The position numbers and the translations under genes are program-made. Positions 1 to 11,060 of a stretch of DNA of 64,000 nucleotides are shown piece by piece (the stretch's first letter is position 1; each line of letters starts with the position of its first letter). The notes beneath the pieces were generated by a model that made no database searches, had not been told where the DNA came from, and saw nothing but the letters and a program-made list of their open reading frames with translations. Location: positions 11,404,959-11,468,958 of the forward strand of contig NC_068986.1 of NCBI RefSeq assembly GCF_001194135.2. Reading direction: 5' to 3'. The stretch comes from Octopus bimaculoides (taxonomy: Eukaryota).

Positions 1-732
1 TTGTTGCCATTATCTTAATGTAGGTTGCCACATTGATCCTAAGACCTTGTGGAAAAAGTGAGGAGGCATGAGATAGCTCTCATTGCTCGAAAACCATCAC
101 AGACAATGAAAACTTGTGCATAATAACTGGGGACTTTAGTGGGGCTGGCATAGAGCCATCTGTCATTCCTCCTGTTCACTTGTCATAGGAACCAGAGCAT
201 GTCAAGCTCCTCAGAGTGCATGAATTTGTGCAGTAAATGCTTTGACTGGGTCACATGGTTCTCCCAAGTCTTATTGGATATGAACTGTCCCCCTTTTGTT
301 AATAAGAGATTTGTGCCTGATCTCTGTGCACCACATGTCTAATTGTTGACTCTGTTACATAGAAATGATTGGTAGTGGTCCTTATTGACTTGCTAGGATT
401 CTCATTGATGATGTCTGACTGTTGAGAATGCTTTTTCCTTTTGGTCACAGAAGACATATTCCTGCCAAAGGTTAGCTCTTTTCTAATCTTAAACACAAAG
501 GGCCTGGTGACATTTAAGAAGGTTGCAATCTCAGAATCAGTCTGGTTACCAGCTAAGGTGATGAGAATGTTATGCCTTGTCATCCGCATTAAGATTTGAC
601 CCTTCCATGTTGGGGGCTGAAGAAAAAAATGTTTTTAATAAAAACAAAAAAACAAAAATAGGGGATGTTTAACATTTGGGCCACTTATGGTTCTTAAAAT
701 GTCTTGTTTCCAAATTGCTGAGATATCCTGTG
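1..732 (-). mobile_element. Degenerate Tc1/mariner-superfamily transposon (maT/DD37D-like), 5' part, runs off the window start
   Basis: Minus-strand translation gives MTRHNILITLAGNQTDSEIATFLNVTRPFVFKIRKEL...RKKHSQQSD...ENPSKSIR...STIRHVVH. Across stops and frameshifts it continues GGQFISNKT, MLWF, VNRRNDRWL, MPPHFF and NVATYI, all typical of this family. CAGGATATCTCAGCAATTTGG at about 730 resembles a CAGGGTG-type TIR. Confidence 0.8.
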
Positions 733-1759
733 CCTATGCATGCAGAGAGAGAGAGAGAATAGGTGAGAAAGGATTCAGAAATTTAGGTAGTTACCTCCGA
801 TAGCATTCTTGCAAGCATTGGCTATCTGAATGTGTATGAAGCAAAAATTTTACTTTCGTACTAACTGAAAACTTTCAAGTTGTGGAGTATAAATAATAAG
901 TCGTGAATAAAGTTGTTGGAATTACATTTGTTCCACTGCAACATATGGGTGACAAATCAAATATGCATTCTTCATGTGTGTATGTGTTAGTATGCACTGA
1001 CATTGTTTTATTTTTGTTTGGAAAACTAACTGAATAATAGAAACATTTAAACACATCACTAATCTTTTGTGTTATCTGTTCTTCTCATTTGATGTAAGTA
1101 AAAATATAATAAATCCACTCAGAGAATCTGTTTCTGAGTCAAGTATAATAGACAATTTGGCAAAATGTTTTGGTCATTGAGACTCAGTTAATTAATTTTA
1201 ATTATATGACTTGAACAAATAATTGATTAAAGAAAAAAAAGAAAATGAAGCAACTTAACATGTCACTGGTGTAATAATGGTGTGCATAATGGATACTTTG
1301 TAATTTTTGCAAAACATGGCTCTTGGCTAATTCTTGTTGTAGGAGACAATTTTTTAATGTAATTTTATTGGACTGAGTTAAGTATATAACTTAAGTTCAT
1401 GGTTATTTGAATATTAGAGCTAATTATTAGCTGTTATTTACAGCTTTTTAATGTTCCAAATGTTTGTTATCAGCCAAGTATCAATGTCGTGAATTGATAG
1501 TGAAAGTATATTTTGTGGGAGTTTGTAAAATGGTGTGTGTGTGCGTGCGTGCATGCATGCGTGTGGTGAGATTGATTTGGTCGAGAGAGGTATTAATTGT
1601 TGCATATAAGAGAGTTTACTGCAATTCGGAAATTGGGTGAGAATGAATGACACAAAGTGATAAAGAAGAACAAATGTCTCCTTGTTTGGTGATTGATTTA
1701 AGGTAGTTATTATTAGTTTGTTGTTTGTGATAATCAATGACATCGCATGGTAGAAGACG

Positions 1760-1947
1760 ACTGGGCATTGTGTGTCCGGCGGTGGCCAATCAGTCCAATG
1801 TATGCTTGGGAGGCTCTGCTGCAGATGGGGCACTGGTGTTGTGTTGGGACTTAAGACAAGGGGTTGGCTCTGGACTTGTGTAGTTTGCATTTTCTTTCTG
1901 CTCTTGCAATTTTGTTCTGTTTGAGGTAGTTACCGATATAGGTGCAG
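1760..1947 (-). mobile_element. RTE (BovB-like) LINE 3' end remnant
   Basis: Minus frame reads QNKIARAERKCKLHKSRANPLS*VPTQHQCPICSRASQAYIGLIGHRRTH, matching the C-terminal CPxC...IGLxxHxRTH motif of BovB-like RTE ORFs. Confidence 0.7.
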
Positions 1948-2305
1948 ATGTAGCTGTGAGAGTAAGAAGTTTGCTTCTTAATCATGTGGATTCAGGTTCA
2001 ATCTCACTGTACAGCACCACAGGCAAAGTGTCTTCTATAAACCTGGACCAAACAATACTTATGAGTGATTTTGATAGATAGAAACTGTGTAGAAACCTGT
2101 TGTACATATAGTGTGTGTTTGTGTATCTTGATGTTTACCCCTCATCCCATTGGTGGACAATGGGTGTTGGTTTGTTTATGTCCCTGTAGCTTAATGGTTT
2201 GGCAAAGAAAACAAAGTACGAAGTTTAAAAGTCAGCACTTGAGTCAATTTGTTCAGTTAAAACCCTTCAAGGTGGTGCCCCAGTTTGGCCACAATCCAAT
2301 GGCAA
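1941..2305 (+). mobile_element. tRNA-derived SINE, family A (degenerate)
   Basis: Decayed A/B-box head, GGCAAAGTGTCTTCTAT core and (GT)n linker; similar to the 3041-3432 copy. Confidence 0.65.
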
Positions 2306-2699
2306 AAAGACTGGTCCATTCTTTGTTTTCTGATCTTAGTGTTAGAATTTCTTGATTTCTGTTTAGAGAATTTAAAAAATTTTTTTTATCTTGTTAACAA
2401 AGATTATGTTTCTTCTGCTGAATTTTAATTCTTTAGGAATGGCAGTTTTTGTTATTTTGTTGTTTTTTTTCTTTAAATTGATTGACATGTGGAATATTAT
2501 GTTGTTATGGTTACCTTCATTGTTCTTATTTCAATTTTGTAATTTGCCAGAATTTAGCAGAACATTTCCAGACAATTCTTCCATGTAGAATACGTATTTA
2601 TATATTTAGAAAACAAACAAACAAAAACTGAAATTATTGAATTATTATCAGTCAGAAATATTCAGATTGTTCTCAATTGTTAAATCAATTTAGCTTTTC

Positions 2700-3013
2700 A
2701 CTCATTTCAGTCATTAGGCTGTGTGGCCATGCTGGGGTACCACCTTGAATGTTTAGTCGAATGGATTGACCCCAGTACTTATTCTATCAGGTTTTTTTTT
2801 TTTTGCCAAACTGCTAGGTTATGGAGATGTAAACAAACCAACACTGGTTGTTAAGTGATGGCAGGGCTCAGACACAGGCACAAAGACATACGTATACATA
2901 TAAGGGGCTTGCTTTGGTTGGCCCAAGACACTCGCCCAAGGTGCCACACAAAGGGACTGAACCCAGAACCACGTGGTTAGGAAGCAAGCTTCTTACCACA
3001 CAGCTATGCCTGT
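2700..3013 (-). mobile_element. tRNA-derived SINE, family A
   Basis: Reverse complement of the 3041-3432 copy; the head lies at the right end. Confidence 0.8.
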
Positions 3014-3040
3014 GCTTATTTATAGAAAAAAATAAAAAGT

Positions 3041-3194
3041 GGCTGTGTGGTAAGTAGCTTGCTTACCGACCACATGGTTTTGGGTTCAGTCCTACTGCGT
3101 GGCATCTTGGGCAAGTGTCTTCTACTATAGTCTCGGGCCAACCAAAGCCTTGTGAGTGGGTTTGGTAGACGGAAACTGAAAGAAGCCCGTTGTA

Positions 3195-3237
<43 letters not shown>

Positions 3238-3432
3238 TTGTCCCCCTAGCATCGCTTGACAACTGATGCTGGTGTGTTTATGTCCCCCGTCACTTAGTGG
3301 TTCAGCAAAAGAGACTGATAGAATAAGTACTAGGCTTACAAAGAATAAGTCCCCAGGGTCGATTTGCTTGACTAAAGGCGGTGCTCCAGCATGGCCGCAG
3401 TCAAATGACTGAAACAAGTAAAAGAGTAAAGA
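3041..3432 (+). mobile_element. tRNA-derived SINE, family A, near full length
   Basis: A box (GGCTGTGTGGTAAG), B box (GGGTTCAGTCCT), GGCATCTTGGGCAAGTGTCTTC core, (TA)n(TG)n linker and GAAACAAGTAAAAGAG tail. Dozens of related copies occur in the window. Confidence 0.85.
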
Positions 3433-3593
3433 GAGTGAAAAGGCAAAATAATATTAAATTTGACTTTTGTCACCTTTTATGGTTATAAAAAAGAAGGGCT
3501 ATCATTGTATCCTTAAACAATGCCCTTGATTCTATTTATGTGATGCAGCGTAGGAAGTGGGGGAATCATTCTGATTATTGAATCATTTGACAA

Positions 3594-3823
3594 TTAACCC
3601 TTTTGATACCAACCTGCCTGAAACCATCTCTGGTCCTGTAATACAAATTTCTTGTTATAAAGTGATCCAAATTAAAACCTTGCTTTCAGATTTCATTTTA
3701 ATTTATATTTCAAACATCAGCTTGATAATGACGAAGTTATTTACTAAATTCTTTATTTTTTCCAAAATCATTTGAAGCTAAGGCATTGTTTTTTTAAAAG
3801 AAATGTGGTAACAAAAAGGTTAA
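3594..3823. mobile_element. TTAA-flanked MITE, family E (piggyBac-like ends)
   Basis: TTAACCCTTTTGATACC...GGTAACAAAAAGGTTAA terminal inverted repeats. Related copies lie near 9290-9510, 14960-15172, 33570-34000, 48010-48238 and 63270-63490. Confidence 0.65.
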
Positions 3824-4452
3824 ACGCTCGTTAGAAATGCTTGAATTTGAAGAAGCATCTATCCAAAGTTGGTATTTATTGAAAAGAAAAAAATAGTTGT
3901 AGGAAATGTTTTTGTATTGTCTGCCATATTTCTGCTAAAATCACTGCTTTTGTTTCGGTTAATTTTGAAAGTAATGAATTCACTGAATTTGTCATTAAGT
4001 TGGTGTTTTGAAACACAAATTAACATAAAATTTTGATGGAAGATTTTAATTTAGATGACTTTAAAACAGGGAATTTGCATCATAGATAGAACTAGGGCAG
4101 TCTCTGGTGGGCTGGTTTTAGTTCTTGTTGCTTGCTCTTAGCTAGCAACAGAAATGGTAGAATCATTCAATAACAAAGTCTGGCATTTATTTATTTATTA
4201 ATTTTTTTTTTGTTTTTGTTTTTGGGAATGGTGCTTATAAGACAATCTTTGTGGAGTCCTCTGCAGTGACATTTACCCTGTGAGATTAGTAACACCCAAA
4301 GATGTGTATTTGATAAAGCTAGAAGTGCATTTAACCCAACCTTCAGCAGTAGTCATTAGCTCAAGCAACAATAATTTTTGTTATTACTTGCTAAAATTAT
4401 TGTCACTGGTAGCAGCAGCAGTAGTAGTAGTAGTAGTAATCTTTGTATAAAA

Positions 4453-5155
4453 ATCATCATCATTATCATCATTGTTTAATGCCTGCTTTCCATGCTGGCA
4501 TGGGTTGGACGGTTTGATTGAAAACTGGCAAGCAGAGGGGCTGCACTAGGTTCCAATCTGATTTGACAAGATTTCTATGGCTGGTTGCCCTTCCTAATGC
4601 CAACCACTCTGAGAGTGTAGTGGATGCTTTTTACGTGCCAGTCAGACGGCACCGGTATCAGCCACAACTCTGATTTCACTTGGTTTAAGAGGTTTTCACA
4701 AGCACAGCATATCGCCCAATGATTGACGGGTGCTTTTAACGGCCCAGCTATGTGACACTGGCATCAGCCATGACTACGATCTCACTTGGTGTGACGTCAC
4801 TGCCTCCATGAGTCCCAACACACAGACAGTGCCACTAGCACAGGTGCCAGTTAGATGGCCATGACTACGATCTCACTTGGTTCGACAGGTCTTCACAAGC
4901 ACAGCATATCTCCCAATGATTGAAGGGTGCTTTTACTGGGCCAGTTACATGACACTAGCATCAGCCATGACTACGATCTCACTTGGCTTGGCGGGTCTTC
5001 TCAAGCACAGCATATCTCCAAAGCTCTTGGCCGTTTGCCATTGCTTCTGTGAGGCCCAACATTTGAAGATTGTGCTTCACCACCTAATCCCACATCTTCC
5101 TGGGTTTACCTCTTCCACAGGTTCCCTTCACTGTTTGAGTGCGACGCTTCTTCAG
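4453..5155 (-). mobile_element. RTE LINE 3' end with tandemly amplified ORF-end/3' UTR unit and (GAT)n tail
   Basis: Minus frame reads KGTCGRGKPRKMWD*VVKHNLQMLGLTEAMANGQELWRYAVLEKTRQAK*, followed by repeated ~105-bp units and the family tail shared with 20307-21119. Confidence 0.75.
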
Positions 5156-5689
5156 GGTTAATGTTTATTTTAGAGATAGTCTTAAAAAATCATTAAGCTT
5201 ATATTAATCAACAAATAATAATTACTGTGTTAAATATTTTAATGCTTATGGTTTGTATTTTTTTTTTGGGGGGGGTTAAAATAGGGCTGTACCAAACTTC
5301 TTTTTTTTACCATTATATTATCAGTATGGAATCTAAAATAAGAGTTATTTCTCTCTCTAAAAATACCTAATTAAACTACAAAAATAAACATCTGTTCAAC
5401 AAATTTGCATGGCAAGTAACAAACTAAAATATTGTAGTTTTGCTTTTTAGCATGTTTTTTTTTTAATATTTTCTGTAGTGTTTTTTTTTCTTCATATGCT
5501 CAACAAAGACAAATATTGCTTGTTCAGATTTTGTGCTGTGTTCCATATTTATCTTGAAATTGTATGAAACAATGTTATTTTATAATATTTGTTACATTGC
5601 TACTATATTTACAGTAACGATGATTAGTAACTTATTTCACTTTCCAGCCTTTTTTACTATCTTCTCTTAATAATAATGATGTAACAATC

Positions 5690-5952
5690 ATTTTTTTTAA
5701 TTGCCATTTTGTCCCTGTCCACATGGGTTGGACAGAATTTGTTGAAGCAAATCTTTCAATGGTCAGATACTCTTCCTGTTTACTGACCTTGACTTTTTTC
5801 CAAGTAAGAAAATATTTCCCCATGGCCAGGCATCTGTTCACCAAAGAGTGGAAATGAAGGACACTGCTTGTATGACAGTGACACTCGTTTACAACTATTT
5901 CATGATGTCAAGGCAAAGTGATGCTAACTTATCATGCACGCACGCACACACA

Positions 5953-6013
<61 letters not shown>

Positions 6014-6165
6014 CTATGCAATATGGGCTTCCAGCTTGTACCAAATCCACTCCCAAGGCTTTGGCTAGCCTGATGCTTGTCTAATATATCATACAGAGGA
6101 ATTGAACCCCAAACCATGTAGTTGGAATGTAGGTTTCTCAAGCACATCACTACGCCTACATGCAT
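5690..6165 (-). mobile_element. Family A SINE variant ending in an RTE-type tail
   Basis: Family A head, (TG)n, a GGGAAATATT...CTTGGAAA body and a CCCATGTGGAC...TTAA tail. Similar copies lie at 14455-14940, 18030-18320, 21695-21985, 26105-26470, 32040-32430, 36293-36600, 37375-37765, 46255-46535, 51500-51910 and 61930-62245. Confidence 0.65.
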
Positions 6166-6574
6166 AATAATGTATTTGTAATATGAAGACTTCCAATTGC
6201 ATATTCCTCTCTCTGATTTTATATTGGTGATAGGGATCAGTGTTATGAATTTTTCTACACAATGCTTACCATTTTAAATGTTAAGGACTTGTTTAAATAG
6301 TATTTATTTTCCAAGTAAAGAAAATCTATTAAATGTCAATGTAGATTGCCTGCCAGGTATAAACAGGAAGTGAATTCCAATCTTACTAGCAGCAAAATTA
6401 GGCAAATATAATAAATTTTTTTCAAAACAAGAAAATTCAAGTATTCTCTTCTCTTAAAAAGAGAGAGAGAAAATTGATTTTTTTTTGTTTGTTTTAAATT
6501 TTTATCACTAAATAATCAAAGTCAGTATCTAAAAGAATTTATAAGGCTTTATAATATCTTTTATCTTGAGTGAT

Positions 6575-6890
6575 GGTACATGGCTCAGTGGTTAGAGCAT
6601 CATGAGGTAGTGAGTTCGATTCCAGCACCAGACTGTAGAACGCAAGACACTTTATTTCATGTTGCTCCAGTTCACTCAGCTGTAGAAATAAGTTGTGATA
6701 TCACTGGTGCCTTGCTTTATTGGCCCCTTTGCCTTTCCCTTGGATAACATTGGTGGCATGGAGAGGTGAGGCTGGTATGCATGGGCGATTGCTGGTCTTC
6801 CATAAACAACCTTGTCCAGACTTGTGCCTCAGAGGGTAACTTTTCAAGTGCAATCCCATTGTCATTCATGATCAAAGGAGGTCTTTATCC
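6575..6890 (+). mobile_element. tRNA-derived SINE, family G
   Basis: TGGCTCAGTGGTTAGAGC A box, GAGTTCGATTCC B box and GCAAGACACTTTATTTCATGTTGCTCCAGTTCACTCAGCTG central domain. Confidence 0.7.
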
Positions 6891-7062
6891 TATCTTTTAC
6901 ATGTTTCTATGACCTTGCTGGAGCACTGCCTTGAAGAATTTTTAGTCGAAGGAACCAACCTCAGTACCTTTATTTTTAAGCCTGGTAACTTATTCTATCA
7001 GTTTCTGCTAAGTTACAGGGACCTAAACACACCAGCATTGGTTGTCGAATGGTGGCAAGGCG

Positions 7063-7093
<31 letters not shown>

Positions 7094-7243
7094 CTTTTTT
7101 CTATTTCCGTCAACCAGAACCATGTGGCTGGAAGCAAGCTTTTTACCACAAAGTCATGCTTCCCTCCCCTCTTTGTACCCCTTACTCTGTCCAGTTTATG
7201 TCTGTGTGAAATAGATGCAGGGAAAGGGTAATAATAATAATAA

Positions 7244-7885
7244 CAACAATAATCTTTTCTGCTATGAGCACAAGGATAGTTGATCACATCGACCCCAGTA
7301 TTTGGCTGGTGCTTAATTTATCGACCCTGAAATGATGGAAGCAAAGTTGACATCGGTAGAATTTGAACTCAGATTGTAAAGATGGACAAAATGCTCCTAA
7401 GCATTTTGCCTGGCATGCTAACGGTTCTGCCAACTTGCTGCCTCAATAATAACTTCAGCACAAGGCCAGCAATTTTGGAGGAGGAGCTAAGTCGATTACA
7501 TCGACCCCAGTACTCAACTGGTACTTATTTTATCAACCCCGAAAGGATGAAAGGCAAGGTCAATCTCAGCAGAATTTGAACTCAGAACATAAAGACTGAC
7601 GAAATGGTGCTAAGCATTTTGCCCAGCATGCCAACAATTCTGCCAGCTTACCATTTTGTTGACAATAATAATAATAATAATAATCCTTTCTGCTAAAAGC
7701 ACAGGGCTTGAAGTTTTGGGGGGAAGGGACTAGTTAATTACATCAACACCAGTGTTTTACTGGTACTTAATTTATCGACTCTGAAAGGCAAAGTTGACCT
7801 CAGCGGAATTTGAACTCAGAATGTGAAGATGGACAAAATGCTGTGAAGCATTTTCCCTGGCATGCTAATGATTTTGCCATTCACT
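7244..7885 (-). mobile_element. Three tandem copies of tRNA-like SINE family B
   Basis: Repeated CGACCCCAGTA...TTTATCGACCC(T/C)GAAAG...GGCAAAGTTGACCTC...GAATTTGAACTCAGAA...CTAAGCATTTT units separated by (AAT)n. Confidence 0.8.
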
Positions 7886-8467
7886 GATGATGATAATAAT
7901 AATAATAATAATAATAATAATAGTAATAATAGTTCATATTTGTTTCACAGAAGGAAAATTAACCTTCTTGCATAAATTATTGTGAATGTGAATTTCATCT
8001 TAATTATTGTACAGCAATATTGCTCTTAGAATATTATTAGATCCACTCAAGCATGACAAACTGGACAATAAGTTGATGATGGTGGTGGTGGTGGAAGCTG
8101 GGATTGAATTCATCCATATTGAATTTCCCTGCCATCACTCCTTTATCATTTCTTCCCACCTCCCATCATGCTGTGTGTGTAAAACAAGGAAAGGCATCAG
8201 ATTTATCTGGATTCACTCCTCCACCAACACCCTCCCTCCCTTTCTTTCTCTACCCCTTCTTTCCTGTACTAATCTTTGTAGCTGTCCATCACTTCCTCTC
8301 TTATTCATCACTCATCCTTATGACTATCCTACACTCTCACAGCCTGTCTTCTTCCTATCATTCTATGCCCCACCCCCACTCGATACCACTCCTGTTTTCT
8401 ATGCAATCTCCTCAACAACAACCAAAATGTAGCTGCCTATCTTACATTCTCCTCTGTCACTCTCTTG

Positions 8468-8504
<37 letters not shown>

Positions 8505-9592
8505 GTCACTCATGTCGCTTTAAATGAACAGAATCAGTGATAGTGAGATAGAGAGAGAGTGAAGGCCTTTTAGTTTTGCTGTAGTCAAAAGGACCTCTCT
8601 GGTGCTAATATGCTGATAAAATGCATTGGGTACATTCTGTAAAGTATTTGGTGAGTGAAAGGAGACAACATAGACTAGAGGAGGCTCTTTAGTCTTGCTG
8701 AGTACACAACCCCTTTTGTGCTGGTGCCCTGATGAAGTACATCTGGTACTCTCTGTAAAGTGTTTGGTGTTTAAGGGTAGTACTCAATCCTGTCAAAAGT
8801 GGAACCAACAAACAATATTGGTCCAGACTTGCCCGGGAAGGGAATCAATTTCAAATTGGAACTAACTTAGAGTGTAATGGCCCATCCAGTGGATGTTAGC
8901 ATGGAAGGTGGATGTAAAATGATGATGATGGTGATACTGATAATGACTTCTTGTCACTAAATCCCTTCAGTTAATTTTCACTAAACCTTTGAGACCATGC
9001 TGGATTACTGCCATAGAGGTCAGCTTGAGACAAAAATGTCTTTACACAAAAATATATAATTTTGGGAAGAAAGAAAAATTACATCTTTTTTACTTTGATA
9101 TTCAGCCAATTTATCAGGTAGAAATGGAAGTAATCATGATGATGATGGTGATGGTGATAGCAACAGTTTGACTCTCGAGTTTCAAAAGTACATAAGTCAC
9201 ACTGCAATCAATTTGAATTGAGTGCTTTTGGCTGCAGTGTCTTCAACTGCTTTCATTTCAGTCTATTGGATTATGTAAAGTTTATCTCTTTTAATACCAA
9301 CCCACCTGAGACACCCCCCCCCCCCGCCACTGGTTCTATGATACAAACTGCCTATTTAAAGTGATCTAAATTAAAAACTTCCATCAAAATGTCATGTTAA
9401 TTCGTGTTCCAAACACCAGCTTTAATATCAAGAGTTATTATACTAAACTCTTCATTATTTTCTAAATTAAAATAAGGGCAGTGCATTTCATGGTCATGAA
9501 AGGGTTTAAATAAATGACCATTCCATTAGGCAATGTTTGTTCTGTACATTATTTATATTTCACAGATATTTTTCCTCATCTTATTTGTTGTT

Positions 9593-9638
9593 AACACAAC
9601 ATTTCGGCTGTTATACCCTCCAGCCTTCATCAGGTGTC
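9593..9638 (-). ncRNA. Minimal type-I hammerhead ribozyme motif (C15.2>U variant)
   Basis: Reverse complement reads GACAC CTGATGA A GGCTG GAGGGTATAA CAGCC GAA ATGT T GTGTT. Confidence 0.5.
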
Positions 9639-9685
9639 TTGGGGAAATTTTGAACCTGGGTTCTCATTCCTAAGGTATTTTTCAA

Positions 9686-9726
<41 letters not shown>

Positions 9727-9944
9727 TCACTGCTTGGAATCAAACTCAGAATCTCGGGGTTAGTAGCCCACGTTCTTAACCACTATGCCATATGCCCATG
9801 GGTGTAGTGGTTAAGAGTGCAGGCTACTAAACCCAAGATTCCGAGTTTGATTCCAAGCAGTGATCTGAATAATAATAGTAAAATAATATTAATAACATTG
9901 AAAAATAACTTAGGAATGAGAACCCAGGTTCAAGATTTCCCCAA

Positions 9945-9990
9945 GACACCTGATGAAGGCTGGAGGGTATATCAGCGGAACCGTTGTGTT
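9945..9990 (+). ncRNA. Minimal type-I hammerhead ribozyme motif, probably inactivated
   Basis: GACAC CTGATGA A GGCTG GAGGGTATAT CAGCG GAA CCGT T GTGTT; two substitutions at core-flanking positions (11.1 and 15.1). Confidence 0.45.
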
Positions 9991-10727
9991 AACAACAAAC
10001 AAGATGAGGACAAATATCTGTCAAATGTAAATAATGTAAAATAATTCCTCATCTCTTTAATATAGAACTGTATTGTTTGTTCTGGTTTTGTTGAAAGGTA
10101 GTTGTAGAAACATCTGAGCAACTTCTGAAACAATAACATAAAAATTACATGGAATATAAACAATATTTTATAGGAGGACTAAATGTCTTCTCATTTTATA
10201 CAGCTTCTTTACATATCAATTATCATGGTTTTCTTGACAATTTTATTCATTTTGAAGGTCAACAAATTTTTTAAATACCTTTTATTTTTCAATGATAATG
10301 TTTTTATCCCCAACTTATCTGTTTTCTTTTTTCATCTTCCTCCCTTGCAAGTTTGTTTACACAAACACCAGGAAAATCAATTATCATTGACAATCATCAT
10401 CACCAAGACAAGGTGAACCCTGGTGGGAGTTCCTAAATCGAAATCCCTTCTTGACTAAGCAACCAAGCTTATCCTCCCACCTCTCAATTGTTTTGCCATT
10501 TGTGCAAAATATACCTCACTGAAGAGGTGTAAATAAGACTGAAACAAATCCATTGGCATTTTCTGTATTTTCAAAAAATTTCAATTAATTGCTCCCAACT
10601 ATGGTCACCATACAGTGTTTGAAATAACTGTGGATCTCAAAACAATCCAGTGAAGCTACAACTTCAGCTAGTGGGGAAAGTCTGTAAAAGTTAAGACTCT
10701 ACTTCCGAGAATGAAGGCAGGAAAGAT

Positions 10728-11060
10728 ATGCCCGTAGCAAACTTTGACATTGAAAGTTACACAAACACCACTGCAGTGTTAAAGATCCCAACATCGCCAT
10801 CAGAATTTTGTAACAGCTTAAGTTTCAAGGGTCCACAGCTCTTCAATATCCTCTTGAAAAGCCTGAGAGATCAACACAGAGTGGGTGTAGGTGCCTCTTC
10901 AAAACGAAACTGGTTCTCCCTCTGTCAAGAGTTCCAGATCAACCTATCTTGCAGCAAGAAAGGCAAATGAGGGCAGCAACATCAAACTGCTTCCATACAC
11001 CAGATGCCACATATCAGAAGTTTCACAGTGGTGCTGCAGTGTGGCTGCAGCTCTCAAGTG
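10728..11060 (+). mobile_element. CR1/L2-group LINE 3' end remnant
   Basis: KIPTSPSEFCNSLSFKGPQLFNILLKSLRD, then after a frameshift FKTKLVLPLSRVPDQPILQQERQMRAATSN; this matches the NSLxxxGPxLFN...FKxKLD...VPDQP C-terminus of these LINEs. Confidence 0.7.

Larger units (their letters stand above)
9545..10073. mobile_element. Palindromic tRNA-headed, hammerhead-tailed non-autonomous retroelement, copy 1
   Basis: Two inverted arms around CCCATGGG (9795-9802). Each arm has A/B boxes, (AAT)n and a hammerhead motif. An 11-bp direct repeat TGTTTGTTCTG flanks the element at 9534-9544 and 10074-10084. Confidence 0.8.

Noticed and set aside
1438-1890. 150-aa minus-strand ORF
   Set aside because: It is an alternative frame of the BovB-like RTE remnant running into AT-rich DNA.
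9722-9870. tRNA-like sequences as true tRNA genes (also the heads of SINE families A, B and G)
   Set aside because: No intact acceptor stem or cloverleaf, and they are embedded in repeats.
10515-10560. CTGAAGAG...GAAAC hammerhead-like motif
   Set aside because: Stem II is only 3 bp and neither stem I nor stem III forms; at most a decayed relic.
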